DNA of 64,000 bases from Tubulanus polymorphus (GCF_964204645.1 NC_134030.1:20172210-20236209); one strand, 5' to 3'; counted from the first letter of the stretch, positions 25,996-40,536 are shown. The notes: generated from the letters alone by a model not told the origin. Program-made: numbers and translations.

Positions 25996-26869
25996 GCAGG
26001 CAGGAACAAACGTATTACCTACAATTTTGGAGTGAGATATGGTCTAATGGAGTCTCGGTTATAGTTCAAAAAGATCGACAGATACTACTGCCTTCCCGAG
26101 ACTTTTTCGTTACCAATGCGTATCACTTTCAAAGACTTTTTTGATAATAATTGAGCCGATAAAAACTTAAAACGAAAATCTATGATAACGTTTATTTCTT
26201 TTAAAAAACCTATTTCACTTAGTCCTGTTTACAGTAGGCCTAATCTCTGGTTTGGATAGTTTACAGTTAACCACGGATCAGTTTTATAAAATGGTATTAA
26301 CTTCAACCCGGGGGTTAACTCGATTGAGAATGAATTGAGTGAACCCCCTACCAGTCTATAAAACCGGGCCCATGAGTTTAGCTTATCTTTCAGCTTAAGA
26401 CATATCTCGACGGTTTTTCAAAGGTATGAGACCCTTTGAAAAACACTACACGGATTAATCTATGCAACAGCTGTCGCGCCGTCGTTGATACAAACGCGTT
26501 ACACTGTTGATATTCAGCAAAAGACACAGATGTTGAAATCAGTATCCCAACAACAATAATAGCAATACATCGATTCTATAAGCAGCAGGCTCGGCTAAAA
26601 TCACGATCGGATTCATATACATATATCGATTTATACCGGTGAGACGAAAACATCGAGCGCGCGCTTCGATTTTCTAAAGAGAAATTCTAACACATGTTTC
26701 TGGTGAATTTATTCTTCAGCAGTTTCAAAGATCACCCAAATTTTGCAGTTCACTGTTTTTCCTATAAAATTACGATGATCGAAGGCGAAATTGCCGGAAA
26801 TTGATCCAAACTTAGTCGAGTTTACAGTACATCGCATGTCCCTGCTGAACATTGAGTTATTCATTTAGA

Positions 26870-27190
26870 TAATAATTATGATAATAATAAATGACATTCA
26901 TTTTTAGCACAGGTATCCAAACTGGAGTCTTTTTCAAATGCGCTCCAAATCGGTATCATTACCCCCAGCCTATAACCCTATTGCATGTATCAATCATCTC
27001 TCCCTGGTGAGAAGTAAAATCCGATCAGCTACTAGGCGCTCAGGAGTCATCTATCAGGCCAGGTACCTATTTACTCCTGGGTGGAGAGAGGCGATGAGGA
27101 TAAGTGTCTTGGCCGGGGACACTACGGTAATGAACCCACGACCTGACTTCCAACAGTCGAACACTCTAACCACTCGCCCACACCAGTCCT
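26870..27190 (-). mobile_element. Degenerate tRNA-derived SINE with conserved central domain (V/Meta/CORE-type)
   Basis: + strand aggtacctatttactcctgggtggagagagg..aagtgtcttggccggggacac resembles the reverse complement of conserved SINE cores; (ATA)-rich tail at the left end. Confidence 0.5.
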
Positions 27191-27670
27191 CGATGCGAAA
27201 ACACTTGTATCAAAAGCCAATAATTTCATTGTTTCAGACTGAACCGGACACCGGTCCGATACAGACCAGATGACGCAACAGTTCGTTGAGTATTTCTTTT
27301 TTTCAAACGAAATTCGAACCGAAATTTAAAATTAAGGCCCGGATTGAATTGCTAATTATCGATAACCGCTGGCAATGCGAGTACATACGTATCATTAAAC
27401 AATTCGTGTCAGTGGTCGATCAACTAACTATCATCACTTCGAAACACCTTCGTGAGGACAAATTCAGAACTGGATGACAGATTACAATCTCAGTACTTTG
27501 AGTTAACGATTAAACACATTTATATGTTTATATTGAAGCGCTTATTGTCCGATAGTTTCGGAGTTTATCTACACTGCATCATAACGCGCATATCCGATAC
27601 TTTCTCAGTTGGCGGCGAAATAGTAACAATCATGGGCTTTATTTAGAGATTTAGATTTTAATTATTTTTA

Positions 27671-28023
27671 GAGAGGCGCAGTGGCCGAGTGGTTTAAGCT
27701 GCCGGTCACTGGTCTCGCCAATCCAGGGTTTATGGGTTCAAACCCTGGTGGTGACAGAGTTTCTTGGTCGAAGGTTCTTCTCTGGTCTCTCCCCCATCGG
27801 GAAAAAGAAACGCCGAACCCGCTTAGCGGGTTGAGGGTTTAAAAAAAATCATGGGCTTTAGGTCCGCAAAATATGGAAAAACATTTGGTGGTGACAGAGT
27901 TTCTTGGTCGAAGGTTCTTCTCTGGTCTCTCCCCCATCGGGAAAAAGAAACGCCGAACCCGCTTAGCGGGTTGAGGGTTTAAAAAAAATCATGGGCTTTA
28001 GGTCCGCAAAATATGGAAAAACA
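27671..28023 (+). mobile_element. tRNA-derived SINE with a ~140-bp tandem duplication of its 3' half plus flank
   Basis: A box tggccgagtgg and B box ggttcaaacc; ~27747-27886 is repeated at ~27887-28023. A second family member lies at 60877-61115. Confidence 0.8.
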
Positions 28024-28699
28024 TTCTGCGCAAACTTTTACAAACGCGTCATCCGGAGAGTGTTTTCGGTTTGCGAGAGTTGAATCCGGTATACGCCGCA
28101 CGACGGTATGTTCGAAATAAGATTACAAGATCGCCCAGAGATGTATCGAATTGCGTAGGTGGAATGTAACTCGAATTTTGAATTTTCAGAAATAAATCTC
28201 AATGCTTTCAAACTTTGAACTGGGTTCATAGTTGCATTCAAATCAAAACTTACAGTCGGCACAGGGATGAGGATGAATTGGAAGATTAGGTTGGGTTTCA
28301 CTCACCTCCTCGATACTCGCTGTCGGTAAGCCGATAGATTCGTAAACAATGGCGGCTTCTACAATTTCTGCCGTGTCAGAGACAGCTGTAAACGTTTCTG
28401 TAGTAGATAGAACATTGTCGACTGGAATTGCGCCGATGCCACAGATGTCAAAATTCAGCCATCATTTACATCGATTTTATTGATCGCTAAACGTCGATTA
28501 TCTCCTCTGTTTGTTAAGTCCTCGTTATTACACGTGGGTCCGATTTGTAATATCAGCTGGCCGATTATCCTCTGACCAGCAAAAATTCGCACACCGGCAT
28601 CATCGACCGGGAAGTCGTTTGATGGAATTCAGGGTAATTTGATTCAAGACCAAGAAAAAGCTGGAAAGACCTTGTGAGTGACGGGAAAGCCATGGACTA

Positions 28700-29055
28700 G
28701 CCTAGCGCGCATCGACACTGCGATTGGAGACAACTAGTTGCTACCGAACGATTACCCCGCGCACATCGAAATCTAGTTACAACCGGTCATTTGCAGCAAC
28801 TGCATGGCGCGTGTCGATCGTCGAGATCCAGAGCGCGCACATCGACGGATATGACTGCGATTGAGTACAACCAGTTGCTCAAAAGTAGAACATGGGCAAC
28901 TGGCTGGAACTGGAGATAGATCGACGCTTACCAATCGTAAGCTCGCTCACATCGACACATTCAAGCAACTGATCGTATCCAGCCAGTTCCTCTCATGCGC
29001 CGAAAACTGCCTTGCAACTAGTTGTCTCCAATCGCAGTGTCGATGTGCGCTAGGC
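28700..29055. mobile_element. MITE with ~42-bp TIRs
   Basis: gcctagcgcgcatcgacactgcgattggagacaactagttgc and its near-perfect reverse complement; internal cacatcga repeats. Confidence 0.8.
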
Positions 29056-30645
29056 ATAAGGTGTGAAGTAGACCGTGACGAGGGAAATAGCTTAGGACCG
29101 TCGATTTTGTCTACGATGCACAGTAAAGAGCGAAGGGATCACGTAACATTATTTTCACCCATTCTATATTCTCAAATCAGTTCACGAAGTTTTCAGTTCT
29201 GGGCTAAAAGAAGAAAATATCCCCTCTACCTACTATTAACCCCGAAGCGTGAACGAGTCACCTATCGACGTTTTGAATTTTCATACGGCGCACTGTTATC
29301 TCACCCGGCGCTAGATTAATCAGGAAATCTAACAAAAATTCGAAAGATTGATAACTTTTTTCTTTCGAGATATAAGCAAATATAAGAATATTCATACTCT
29401 GGTTTGCTATTGCGACACGCTCTGAATCGTTTGTTTGCAATGACTGTGTGTATTAGCGTGCAGGGGCGGATCCAGGGTACGTTCCATTGTATTCCAGAAT
29501 TAAGTCAGAAAAATGTGAATAACATACTTTCTAGAAGTACCTCATCGAACTGGTCCCAGAATGCCTTTAACTACAAGTAAAAAGGGCAATTTTTCCAATA
29601 TTTTCTTGGGGAGGAACCCCAAACCCTTTCAAATGAGCTTCGTTGCTGGCATATCATTGATAGGAATATACTTCTATATATATGAATATACTTATATAAT
29701 CTTTAGGAATATACTCAAATTCGCCGGCTGGCCCCGCCCTTGCGTGGTGGGAGAGAGTGACGAATGCGTTGGTAATGCTTCTCGGTGTCGCAACTGCAGA
29801 TAGACTGACTTAGTCGCTCCACGCAAACAGCATCGTCCTATCGTAACATTTTGTCTCCTTATAATACACTATATACTATAGTGTATTATATAACATACTA
29901 GCTGAATACCCGTCCAATGGACGGCTTTCGCGTTGAGCGCATGTCGGTCGTGAGCACACCACCTCGGCGCATATATGCCGAATCCTGAACAATCTAGCGT
30001 TTCGGCAATTCAGTGATTCTGTGATTCAGTGAATCAGCGAAGTTCGAACACCCGCCAGTAACCTGTCCGTGATGGAACCATTCTGAAAAAAACTGCGCAA
30101 TGGGCCTGTCCCCCTCCAAGAACCATTCTGAGATGCTGCTATGGGCCGGCATCACGGTCAGAACATATCGCTAAGTCCAATCATACTAATTTTGATCCAA
30201 AGATTACGTGTATGGATGTTTTAACCTATGTTTTTAACAACTCAGTGTTGAGAGAACTGTGTCATGCACTGTTATAATGCTGCGTTGTGTTCCGAAGTCG
30301 GTCAGGTCGGTAAATTACTATAGTATTACTGCAGATGCATAGTACGGTACTTCACTGGTAGATGGCGAACACATCTTTTTTAACAAAATTTTAGCCCGGG
30401 CTTAAAATGAATATTGTGACTCCCTCGGACCACCAATCTGTTAGAAACATGTAACTTGACGACAGGAAAAACTGGCATTGAGCATCAGTAAAAGGACGTT
30501 TTAATACATGCATTAATTTCCATACGATGTGTCGCGGTAATACCGTTCGTTCTGCTTTAAAGTATAGATTATGTTTGTAATGTTGTCCGATAGTGTTACA
30601 TCCTTACCCGGGTAGTGGCTTTTTCTACAATGTGATCTTCCTCTA

Positions 30646-30966
30646 CAGTGGCGGATCCAGAGGCATAATATGACTACCGCATTTCGGCAACCGAGAGCCG
30701 AAGGCACGAGATGTGCAGTACGATTGCCGAAGGCACGACGTGCCTACGGGGGGTTTGGGGGCCCTCCCCAGAAAATTTTGAAAAATTTGAAGGGCTGAGA
30801 TGATATTTCCTGGGTTTTGGAAGAGAAAAATTCTGTTTTGATATGGGCACTTTTTTCCAAGGAATCAGCTAAGTCAAATCCATCCATGAAATAAATAAAA
30901 TGTTATTAGAGGAAAAATGTCGACTACCGCATTAGCGGCAAGTGCGGTAGGCTAAATCCGCCACTG
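30646..30966. mobile_element. MITE with CAGTGGCGGA termini
   Basis: cagtggcggat..atccgccactg; related ends at ~3928, ~29461-29742 and ~37080. No clear TSD. Confidence 0.7.
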
Positions 30967-31957
30967 CTCTTATAGTGTCCATGAGACGTTAAGCTTTCTG
31001 GTCAACGTTCGTAAAACATTGAAGAAAATACAGTTTCCGCTCTATTCTGTTCCATTCTAGATGATTGAGCAAAAAGCCGACTGACTGCTAGCGTTTTGAG
31101 GTTCGACATTATAGATACCGGATAAAACCTCCAAGAAATGACACTTGACAGAAATTTTACAATTCTGCGCTCAGATCAGAAAGGCAGAATTAAATTCCGT
31201 GAAACAGAAACTTCTCGCAGCAGAGATTTCGAAAAAGCAGAAAAATCCCGAAAAAAGCGGCAGAAATTTTCAGAATTTCGAATTTTACCTGCTGTTCCAA
31301 AGTACCGGTACTCAGCGTCGGAATCACCGTGCAGTTAGTTAATATTTCACGCAGCAGTATTCACTGGTCCTTCGTTAATCCAGAGTTCATTAGGTAAAAC
31401 CCGATGGGGGTAGCAGTCAGCCAGTCTTTCACGTAAACTGCACAAGGTTCAGAGTTACACAGCATGTTCATCGCGGATCTAAAATCGACCAGCATTTTGG
31501 AAACAGGTTGACATGACTTAAGGGCAACAACAAGTTGATAAAGCTGCCGAACTGATGAATGTAAAATGAAACGCTAGCAACCATACAATTTGAAAATTAA
31601 AAAAAAACGTGGTCAAATCGCCGCAATTGCATTAAAGATTGGCCAATCGATTGTAAAGCACTCCTACATTACTCATACATTCCTTATGAGCCAAAATATG
31701 AACACTAGAAAACTACAGTTTGTAGTCTTTAAAATGAAACGATGAATCATTGGTCTATTCACATTTAATTTATTCCTAATTTTCGATGTACTTTTCGAAT
31801 TGATTTCCATTAAGCAAGAAGAAAGTTGAACGTAGTTGAACATAATTGAACATAATCTGTGAATATAATTTGTTAATGCATTGTGTGAATTGTGCTACAT
31901 CACGTTTATACGTGGTTCGATATCCATTCACCGCTTCCTCCAGGAAAATTGCGTCGT

Positions 31958-32167
31958 CTAGCATACAATTATTGGAGTTGTTGTTGGTGGTGGTGTTGGT
32001 TCTGGAGTTGTTGTTGTTGGCGGTGGTGGTGGAGGAGTAGTCGTCGGAGGAGGAGGAGGAGGAAGAGTTGTTGGAGGAGGAGTTGGTGGAGGAGTAGTTG
32101 TAGGTATAGTGCACGCACTAGCGAACGCCACCAGTCCAGCCAGGATGAAAATCGTATGAAACTTCAT
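31958..32167 (-). CDS. Small secreted Pro/Thr-rich peptide with a Cys at each end (copy 1, 69 aa)
   Basis: Signal peptide MKFHTIFILAGLVAFASA, then C-TIPTTTPPP...PIIV-C stop. Upstream acceptor ~32204, non-coding exon ending at 32727 (gtaagg), TATA at 32816-32821. Confidence 0.85.
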   Translation of the reverse strand: MKFHTIFILAGLVAFASACTIPTTTPPPTPPPTTLPPPPPPTTTPPPPPPTTTTPEPTPPPTTTPIIVC

Positions 32168-33479
32168 TTTCAATATTTGGTGAATGAAAATGTTAATTTT
32201 CTCTGAAAAACAAGATAAATGAAATAGGTGTTTTTTTCATATTGTCAAGTCAATGAAGGTAGATTGTTTCTAATAATCAAAATTCTGCCGACAATTTCTC
32301 TATTCATGCACGTTCTCCATCTGGATGAAATGATTGCGACGCAAGATTCTAACACTTGCTGAATATAGCCGCAGAGCAAGGATTAGAACCGTATCGTGTG
32401 CTACGGACCATAAGACCCTGTCCTATATCACATGGATTCATTCCCGATTGTATCGATGGCGTGTTACGAAGTTTAAGAATTGATAATTTCAGCAATGGCA
32501 AAATGAAGCAGACAGCCATGCCTCAATATTCATCTAATCGTAGAATTTCACCACAGTAATGATGATAATTTATTCGCCATTTCAAATCATAGTTATTGTA
32601 CAAAAGTGATACAAATACAAACATTCAAGATGGAGGGACGCATGAAAAAACCTGCATAGGTTTAGCACGATAAATGAAACCAGCGCAAAGCAAACGTTAC
32701 TCAAATATATAAATGTGAATCCTTACCTTGTTGAAGTATATAGCTCACTGCGAAAGGAGAAATGCTTGTCCACGGAATTGCAACGAAGACTGTATCCAGA
32801 ATGACCCGCGTCCGCCTTATATTCATTAAGTCGAATTAATCGGCAGATTTCATCTCACATCGTCGCTAATCTCTACGGTTTATAGATCGAAAATTCTACG
32901 CGTTGAATTGTTTCGTTTTACTGGTAACTGAATGACGAAACACGATTAGGAAAGATGAAATTTTACTGCGTGAATTGGATCGGTTTGAATCGTATCTCAT
33001 GTTACAACCTGTCACCATCTGAACCGTGTCACTTTTCTAAGGATGCTGTTTATTTTTACGAACCACGAACATGTTTTCGAGATATAATCGCTCACTCTTC
33101 CGTGCCAACTGCTAGAGATTTACTGCAAGTGACGTGCAAGTTGGTGAGACTATATCATTTTCGATTATTTCCGATAACAGCTTATTTTCTAGTTTAGCAG
33201 GAAAATGATGGCGTCAACTTAACGCTGTACGAATTAGAAACACAACAACCATTACAGCTAATGAAACTCGAATGAAACCTTCAAGTAACGTATAATCAAA
33301 CTTCGAAATATAGCCGCAAAGCGGCGATATAACGGGTTTTCTGCCTCGTCGGTTTTATGAGCCGTACAATAAAGTATACGAAGTGTCCGCGAAATCAGTC
33401 TTTATCAGTTTGATAAATATAGCATTCGAACACGCGAGCACTGGATGCCCTTACCATTTGAGCCTACTGGTGGCATTTT

Positions 33480-33790
33480 GATTAGGATTAGGATCAGGAC
33501 TTTGTTTACGCTCCAACCATTTCTATAGTACATGGAAGGAAACTATAAAATGTATAATATTTACAATCAACAGAAACTTGTCTAAATAAGAAGATATAAC
33601 AAAGTTATTAACAATATTATGCAAACACTATTTACAACATACTTATTATCGGAGGGATCTATTACATCAAAACCTTTTTTAAATGAATTTTGCAAAGTGG
33701 ATTGATTTAGAATATCAACATTGCCAAAACAGTTCAAATTCAAAATGTTTTCACGGATTTCACTCAGAAGGTTTAATCGTTAACTCCAAA
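33480..33790 (-). mobile_element. LINE 3'-end fragment with short-repeat tail
   Basis: (ATTAGG)-like tail next to ctccaaccatttc..catggaagg, shared with 53250-53510. A further C-terminal relic (RLCPNCNVLGDVQHSIFGC) lies at 34654-34830. Confidence 0.6.
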
Positions 33791-36757
33791 TACTGAGATT
33801 GTAATCTGTCATCCAGTTATACCTTTCTAATTTGATATCGTTTTAGAAATGCCTTAAATTAATGTATATCGGTTAATCATCTATTGTGGAAACGGTATTT
33901 TGAAAGTTTTGGTCACGGAGAATCTGTTTTACTCGCCTTGAGAAGGTTCTACTGAATTGCGAATTACGGATTTATTTAAACACTTTAAACATAACAAACG
34001 TTATTTACAACATACTATTTACAATATACGTACAAACTATTTTGATAAATTTAGCCACTTTTAATGTTGGATTCTTTAATATGTAGAGCCAATAATATAG
34101 AGATATATGTGTATATGAGTAGATAGTGTGTGCAGTGCGCACATTAGATGTGTGCTGGAGTGCACACTAAAGGCAAATGGATCAGATTACAAGGTGGGAG
34201 TTAGTTGAAAGATATAAGAGCATTTATTTGCTATTAGAAATATAAGGACTAATAAGGGATGGTTAGTGTAGTACAGAAGGGACTAGAACAGAAGTAGCAG
34301 GGACTCATCATAGCAAAAAGGGTAAGGTTAGAACCGGGTGAGGTCATGGTTTGGGAATGTGAGAAATGTACAAATTAGTACATAAGTCTTAAGGTTTTTG
34401 GGCTCAGGAAGAGAACAAGAGAAAGCAGAAGAATGTAACAATAAGAAGAAATAAAAAGAAATTGTGTGGTCATACTACTAGAAGACTTGTTATTTACTTG
34501 AGAAGGAAGAAGGCTGAAGGATAACCCAAATAAACAGTCAGGACACCTAGAAGAACCAACTAGGAAGGGTATCCAGTGGTGCAGTCGGTCAACAGCTTAG
34601 GTGGAGATTGTAGTCCAACGCCAACATCATCATCGTTCTTAAACATATCTAAATCAGTTTTCACGGAATTCGGTAAGTAAGTTACAACCAAAAATAGAAT
34701 GTTGTACGTCGCCTAAAACATTGCAGTTGGGGCATAATCTATCGGTTCTTGGTAGATGGAAATTTGAAAATTTATTCTTATATCCAGGTTGAAGATAAGA
34801 CCCAATCCTGAATTGGAATAAACTGAGTGACATCTTCACCCAGTCCTGGAAGTGGGTGTTTCCACGCTGATCATCGCGCTACGATCCTAGTGTAGGCTAC
34901 ATCAGACTTTGGGGTACATCAGGTTTTGTTGGACGCAACATCTTGAATAAAATATAGTTTTTTTATTCTGTTCTATTTCTACTGAGCAAAAGGCCGAATA
35001 ACTGCCAGCGTATTCATACGTATTCATACGTCACAGCATTCCACCGATCCATGTATGGAGTGTTTACGTACCTACACACTCACACGCCAAAGGCCGATTG
35101 CCGCGCCGTATTTAGATTTCCCTACGCGGATACAACAATGCCAGACACGTCTATCTACATAACTATTTATTTTTATGTGTGATGCAAATATCAACGGAGG
35201 TAGTCTGATGATAGCAACATCGGCCATTAACTCCAGCGTCCGCACTAAACTGTCTAAACTACTAAACTATCTCCAAATAGTAGCTCCAACGTCTTGAATT
35301 GTGGAACAAGAAAAATAATTATGAAAATCTATTCGATTTTAGCCAGTGTAAATTTTCAATGAAACTGTCTATTATTCTACGATAGTTCTAGAATCACATC
35401 TTCGAAAGATTGATAATGGAACGGTGAACAAATGTTCATAACTTCAATAGATCAATAGTTTATCGATAGGATATTTCTTTTTGTTGTAAGATTTCTTTTC
35501 AATTTTCTAAGCTACAAAATGACCTAATCGTGTTAACAGGCAGTTGAAGCAAGAAAATTAGTAGCAAAATAGATAGTAATGCATCTGTCAAGAAAAATAT
35601 ACAGATGTTTACCAGTTGCTTTTCGTTATTATTCATGAATAGTGGAGGCTTTTCTAGTGGTACCGGGTCATTAGACAACACATCAGTCATTCATCGATCA
35701 GATGCTTGTTCGCTTACGGTTTAAATGCTTATTTGTGGCTCATTTCCGCGTTCCAGTATTTACACGAAGTCAGGTCTAGTAAAACGTAGATGAATCGGGT
35801 ACCGACTTCAAAGTTTCCCAGTTCCGAAACTACCGAATCGATTTGGATAGAATTAACGACGTAGACGAGCATACATGTTCACGTTTACGACTCACGCCGG
35901 ACACGAATATCCGGCTTCACATTCGAAAACGTGCCGCTAAAAGACCTGCTTCTGAAGGGTTTTTCCTATTAAACCGGGCCCTGTAATTTTCGTTCATTGG
36001 ACTAATTCCGGATACGCGTAAAGTAACTTTTTCGCACTAAAACGATATTGATGGACATAGAATCCCACACTGATAAAACGCAAGATGAATAATCCGTTTT
36101 ATCAGTGTGGGATTCTATACTTATTGTTACAGTACGGAATAGTGTTCCTTCAATGATATTGATGAGCTCTTTCTTTGGCAATGTCACTTGGGGCGTGACG
36201 ATGTAATCCGATATGTATGGATGAAGTTACTTAACAGGTGACATCGTTTCGGCTAAAGATTATTAGCCATCATCTTCACGCCTGATGATCGCAAATAGTC
36301 TTTAGCCGAAACGTCGCGCAAATATATATACTCTTCTACTCAAGTTTCTCGTTTTGGCTGAATTTATAGTGGGATTTCTCTCGTTATCATCATACACGGA
36401 TATTGTGTATCTTCTCGTCTCATGATAATGATAATAACATTGGTCGATTCAATGTAAAGTATATATTGGGTTACTACACTCCTTATGAGCCCAAAATACG
36501 AACCCTAAAACTGCAGTTTGTGGTTTTGAAAATTGAAGAACATCTAAATCATTGGTCTATTCACGTTGAATTTATTCCTAATTTTCGATGTACTTTTTGA
36601 ATGAATTTCCATAAAGCAATAAGAAAGTTGAACGTAGTTGAACATAATTGAACATAATCTGTGAATATAATTTGTTAATGCATTATGTGAATAGCAACAT
36701 CACGTATATACGTTGTTCGATATCCATTCACCGCTTCCTCCAGAAAAATTACGACGC

Positions 36758-36946
36758 CTAGCATACTGCTATTGGAGTTGTTGGTTCTCTAGTGGTCGAT
36801 TGTTCTGGAGTGGTCATTGCAGGTGGAGTTGTCGTTGGATGAGTTGTCGGAGGAGGAGTTGTTGGAGCAGGAGTTGTTGTTTGTTGAGTGCACGCACTAG
36901 CATACGCCACGAGTCCAGCCAGGATGAAAATCGTATGAAACTTCAT
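36758..36946 (-). CDS. Small secreted Pro/Thr-rich peptide with a Cys at each end (copy 2, 62 aa)
   Basis: MKFHTIFILAGLVAYASA-C-TQQTTTPAP...PIAV-C stop. Non-coding exon ending at 37488, TATA at 37577-37582. The whole unit (~36460-37980) is paralogous to ~31660-33200. Confidence 0.85.
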   Translation of the reverse strand: MKFHTIFILAGLVAYASACTQQTTTPAPTTPPPTTHPTTTPPAMTTPEQSTTREPTTPIAVC

Positions 36947-39271
36947 TTTCTATATTTCGATAATCAAAAACGATGATTTTCTCTGGAAAAAAAAGAAAAA
37001 AGATAACACTAGGTGCTTTTTCATATTGTCAAGTCAATAAAGATAGATTGTTTCTAATAATCGAAATTCTGCCGACAAGCCGGCGCGGATCCAGGATTTT
37101 TTCCTGGGAGGTTCATAAAAAATGTTAATATCAAACTGCCAACTGAAATATTCAATGATAGGGGGCCTATACAGTACATTGGTTGGCCAAATATTAGATG
37201 ATATGGTACCGTTTTATGGTACTGCCCCCATTGCCTTGAGTACAGCCCTTCAAGAAGACAATTAGAAAATTTGGCCATGCCTCAATATTCATCTAATCGT
37301 AGAATTTCACCATAGTAATGGTGATGATTTATTCGCCATTTTGAATTACAATTATTGTACAGAAGTGAAACAAATACAAACATTCAAGATGGAGGGACGC
37401 GTGAAAAAACCTGTTTAGGTTTCGCACGAAAAAGATGAAACCAACGCAAAGCAAACGTTACTCAAATATATAAACGTGAATCCTTACCTTGTTGAAGTAT
37501 ATAGCTCACTGCGAAAGGAGAGATGCGTGTCCACGGAATTGCAACGAAGACTGTATCCAGAATACCCCGCATCCGCCTTATATTCATTAAGTCGAATTAA
37601 TCGGCAGATTTCATCTCACGTCGCCGCTAATCTCCAAGGTTTATAGATCGAAAATTCTACGCGTTGAATTGTTTCGTTTTACTGGTAACTGAATGACGAA
37701 ACCCGATTAGAAAAGATGAAATTCGAGTTGATGAATTGTATCTCACGTTACAACCTGACACCATCTGAACCGTGTCACTTTTCTAAGGATTCGAAAAATT
37801 TCATTCTAATGTTTGGCGCCTTCGTGAACATATTTTTTTTTATAGATAAAATCGCTCACTCTTTCGCACCAACTGTTGATAGAGATTTATTGTAAGTGAC
37901 ATGCGAGTTGGTGAGATTATATCTTTTCAACAATTTCCGACAACAACAGATTTTTTAGTTAAGCCGGAAAAGGACGACATCGTAGAGGGAAGTTTCCAGT
38001 TACCAGGCGCCAGTTTGAGGCGGTCCCACAGGTCCTGCATTGTTGGACAGATTTTAAGATTTTTTAAACTAAAACCTCTAGCGCGATCAATTGTCCATTC
38101 CTCGTTTGGCATAAAATTTAAACTCATGAATCGTTAGAAAGGTGACAGTTTCTATTTTCTGATTGTGTTTAATTCATTTTTCCCGGCTGCAACAATCGGA
38201 TACAGTTACAGTTTAAAAAGATACATCACTTTTATGAAGGCGCCTCAAAAAATATGTAATTTTTTGCCATGGGCTGTAAATCTTTCATTTTTTGAGATTC
38301 TATGTAGCATTTTTTAATTGCATATATTCTACGCAAATGGTTTACGAATTTACAACTGGTGAAACTAGAATTCAAAATATAGCTACAAAGCAGCGATAAC
38401 GCTTTTCTCACAACCGCTTTTTGAGACAACTTTTAGGTCCTACGACCAAAGCGTTTTAGATCATGAAACGACTCTTAATTAGTTATGTTTTCAACCGAAA
38501 TTGATTGTCCAATCGATTTGAGATGTTATCTCGCCCAAATCAGCCACAATTTATGCCTCATTTTCCCTCGTTGGAAGCTCGCTGTACCACGCTACTGCGC
38601 GCACCGTACCAGCAACAAAACATTTCTACATACCATTTCATAACAGCACTGTGTTCGTGTCTATTGCTGGTTAGAGAAAATCTAACGCTTCGAAAGAAGA
38701 AAAAACGAGTCCGCAAAAAATTTCCTTGAATAAATGCGTCAACGGTTCGACTTTATCATAATATTACATGCATTCATTTTCAGTATTCACTGTTCCTGCA
38801 GATGATTTTAGTCGAAACTTTGAAAACATATTATCGTAGTTTTTTTGTAATGTAGGACTTATCATATCTCGTTGTTCTTATTATTATTTGATATTCATCC
38901 TTTTGAGGTGTTCGTGTAGCGGCCAATGCGGTTGATGGCGCAACCGGCGCATGCGCTGTTTAAGCTGTAGAGATTGCTCAGGATATGATGAATGGCGATT
39001 AGTCTAAACGTGTGTAACACGTGTAGGATCTGCCTGGCAAACAACTATGCCCTGATTATCGATTTGAAACGGTACGAATATTCTTTGATATTCTTTCTGA
39101 AAGTGAAATAGCATTTACTCTGTCTTGTCATTGCGTGTTTAGTCGCGCTCAGGCGACTACCAACGTTTTTCTGTTTAATATTTCAATATTTCAAATTTTT
39201 CTGTTTAATATATCTTTTTCGACTAATGGAGTTCTTTAACCAACGCATACTTAATCATTTTGTATATACAT

Positions 39272-39394
<123 letters not shown>

Positions 39395-40124
39395 TTAAGT
39401 GTGCAAATCAATATGTTGCATGGCTGAAATCGCGAAATCGGTGCAAATACCGGGTTCACGAAGTCAATCGTAGAAATCGTGATTCAGCTCTTGAATCGTT
39501 ATCTCGGTGAATCGGAGCGAGCACATGCGCGCATCGCCTACCGATGAACTTGATAATAAACAAACGTGATTTGATGATTATAATTGACGGATATATTATT
39601 GCCGAAATAACTATATGAAATAGTAATAATAATTCATCAATTTGAATGGATACTTATTTTTTCTCAAAGGGGTAAAAAAGTACGAAGATAGCAAGGATGC
39701 TTTTTATTTTGATTTCATTTTATTTCTATTTTATTTTCTGACATAGTTGCGCCCTTGGGAAAAATAGTTTTATTTGTTGTTAGTCAGGAAAATACCACAT
39801 TTCGACGAATAAAAACCCACAATAGAACCCACAGTTTCGATTTCAAAACTGAACCTCATCTTAACCTCAGAGGAACAAAAAAATTTGGTTATGCTATTTC
39901 TGTTTGTTCATTTAAACAAGTTAATTGTGTTTTTTAATTTGTAAATTTTCTACAAGAATAATACATTGAATAGCACTTTTTGATAAGAAATCAATGCGTG
40001 GAAAGGGTTAAAGAGCAAATGCCATCAAAATAGAATATTGTGTAAAATTCATGCTCAAATTATTCACAAATATCAAATATGGAACTGGTTTGAATTTTAG
40101 TTCAGCCATTACTGAAAAATATCA

Positions 40125-40536
40125 GTCGATGTGCACGCTACGTCATCGATATTGGCGTGTCGCTTGTGAGCTGTGACTTCTGTTTGAGTCGATGTGTACT
40201 ACGTCATCGATATTGGCGTGTCTCTTGTGAGCTGTGACTTCTGTTTGAGTCGATGTGCACTACGTCATCGATATTGGCGTATATCTTGTGAGCTGTGACT
40301 TCTGTTTGAGTCGATGTGCACTACGTCATCGATATTGGCGTGTCTCTTGTGAGCTGTGACTTCTGTTTGAGTCGATGTGCACTACGTCATCGATATTGGC
40401 GTGTCTCTTGTGAGCTGTGACTTCTGTTTGAGTCGATGTGCACTACGTCATCGATATTGGCGTGTCTCTTGTGAGCTGTGACTTCTGTTTGAGTCGATGT
40501 GCACTACGTCATCGATATTGGCGTGTCTCTAGTGAG
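40125..40536. repeat. 61-bp minisatellite, ~6.7 copies, inside a dispersed repeat
   Basis: Unit gtcgatgtgcactacgtcatcgatattggcgtgtctcttgtgagctgtgacttctgtttga starts at 40125, 40188, 40249, 40310, 40371, 40432 and 40493. Confidence 0.95.

Noticed and set aside
40125-40536. CRISPR-like array
   Set aside because: Contiguous near-identical units with no unique spacers, in eukaryotic context.
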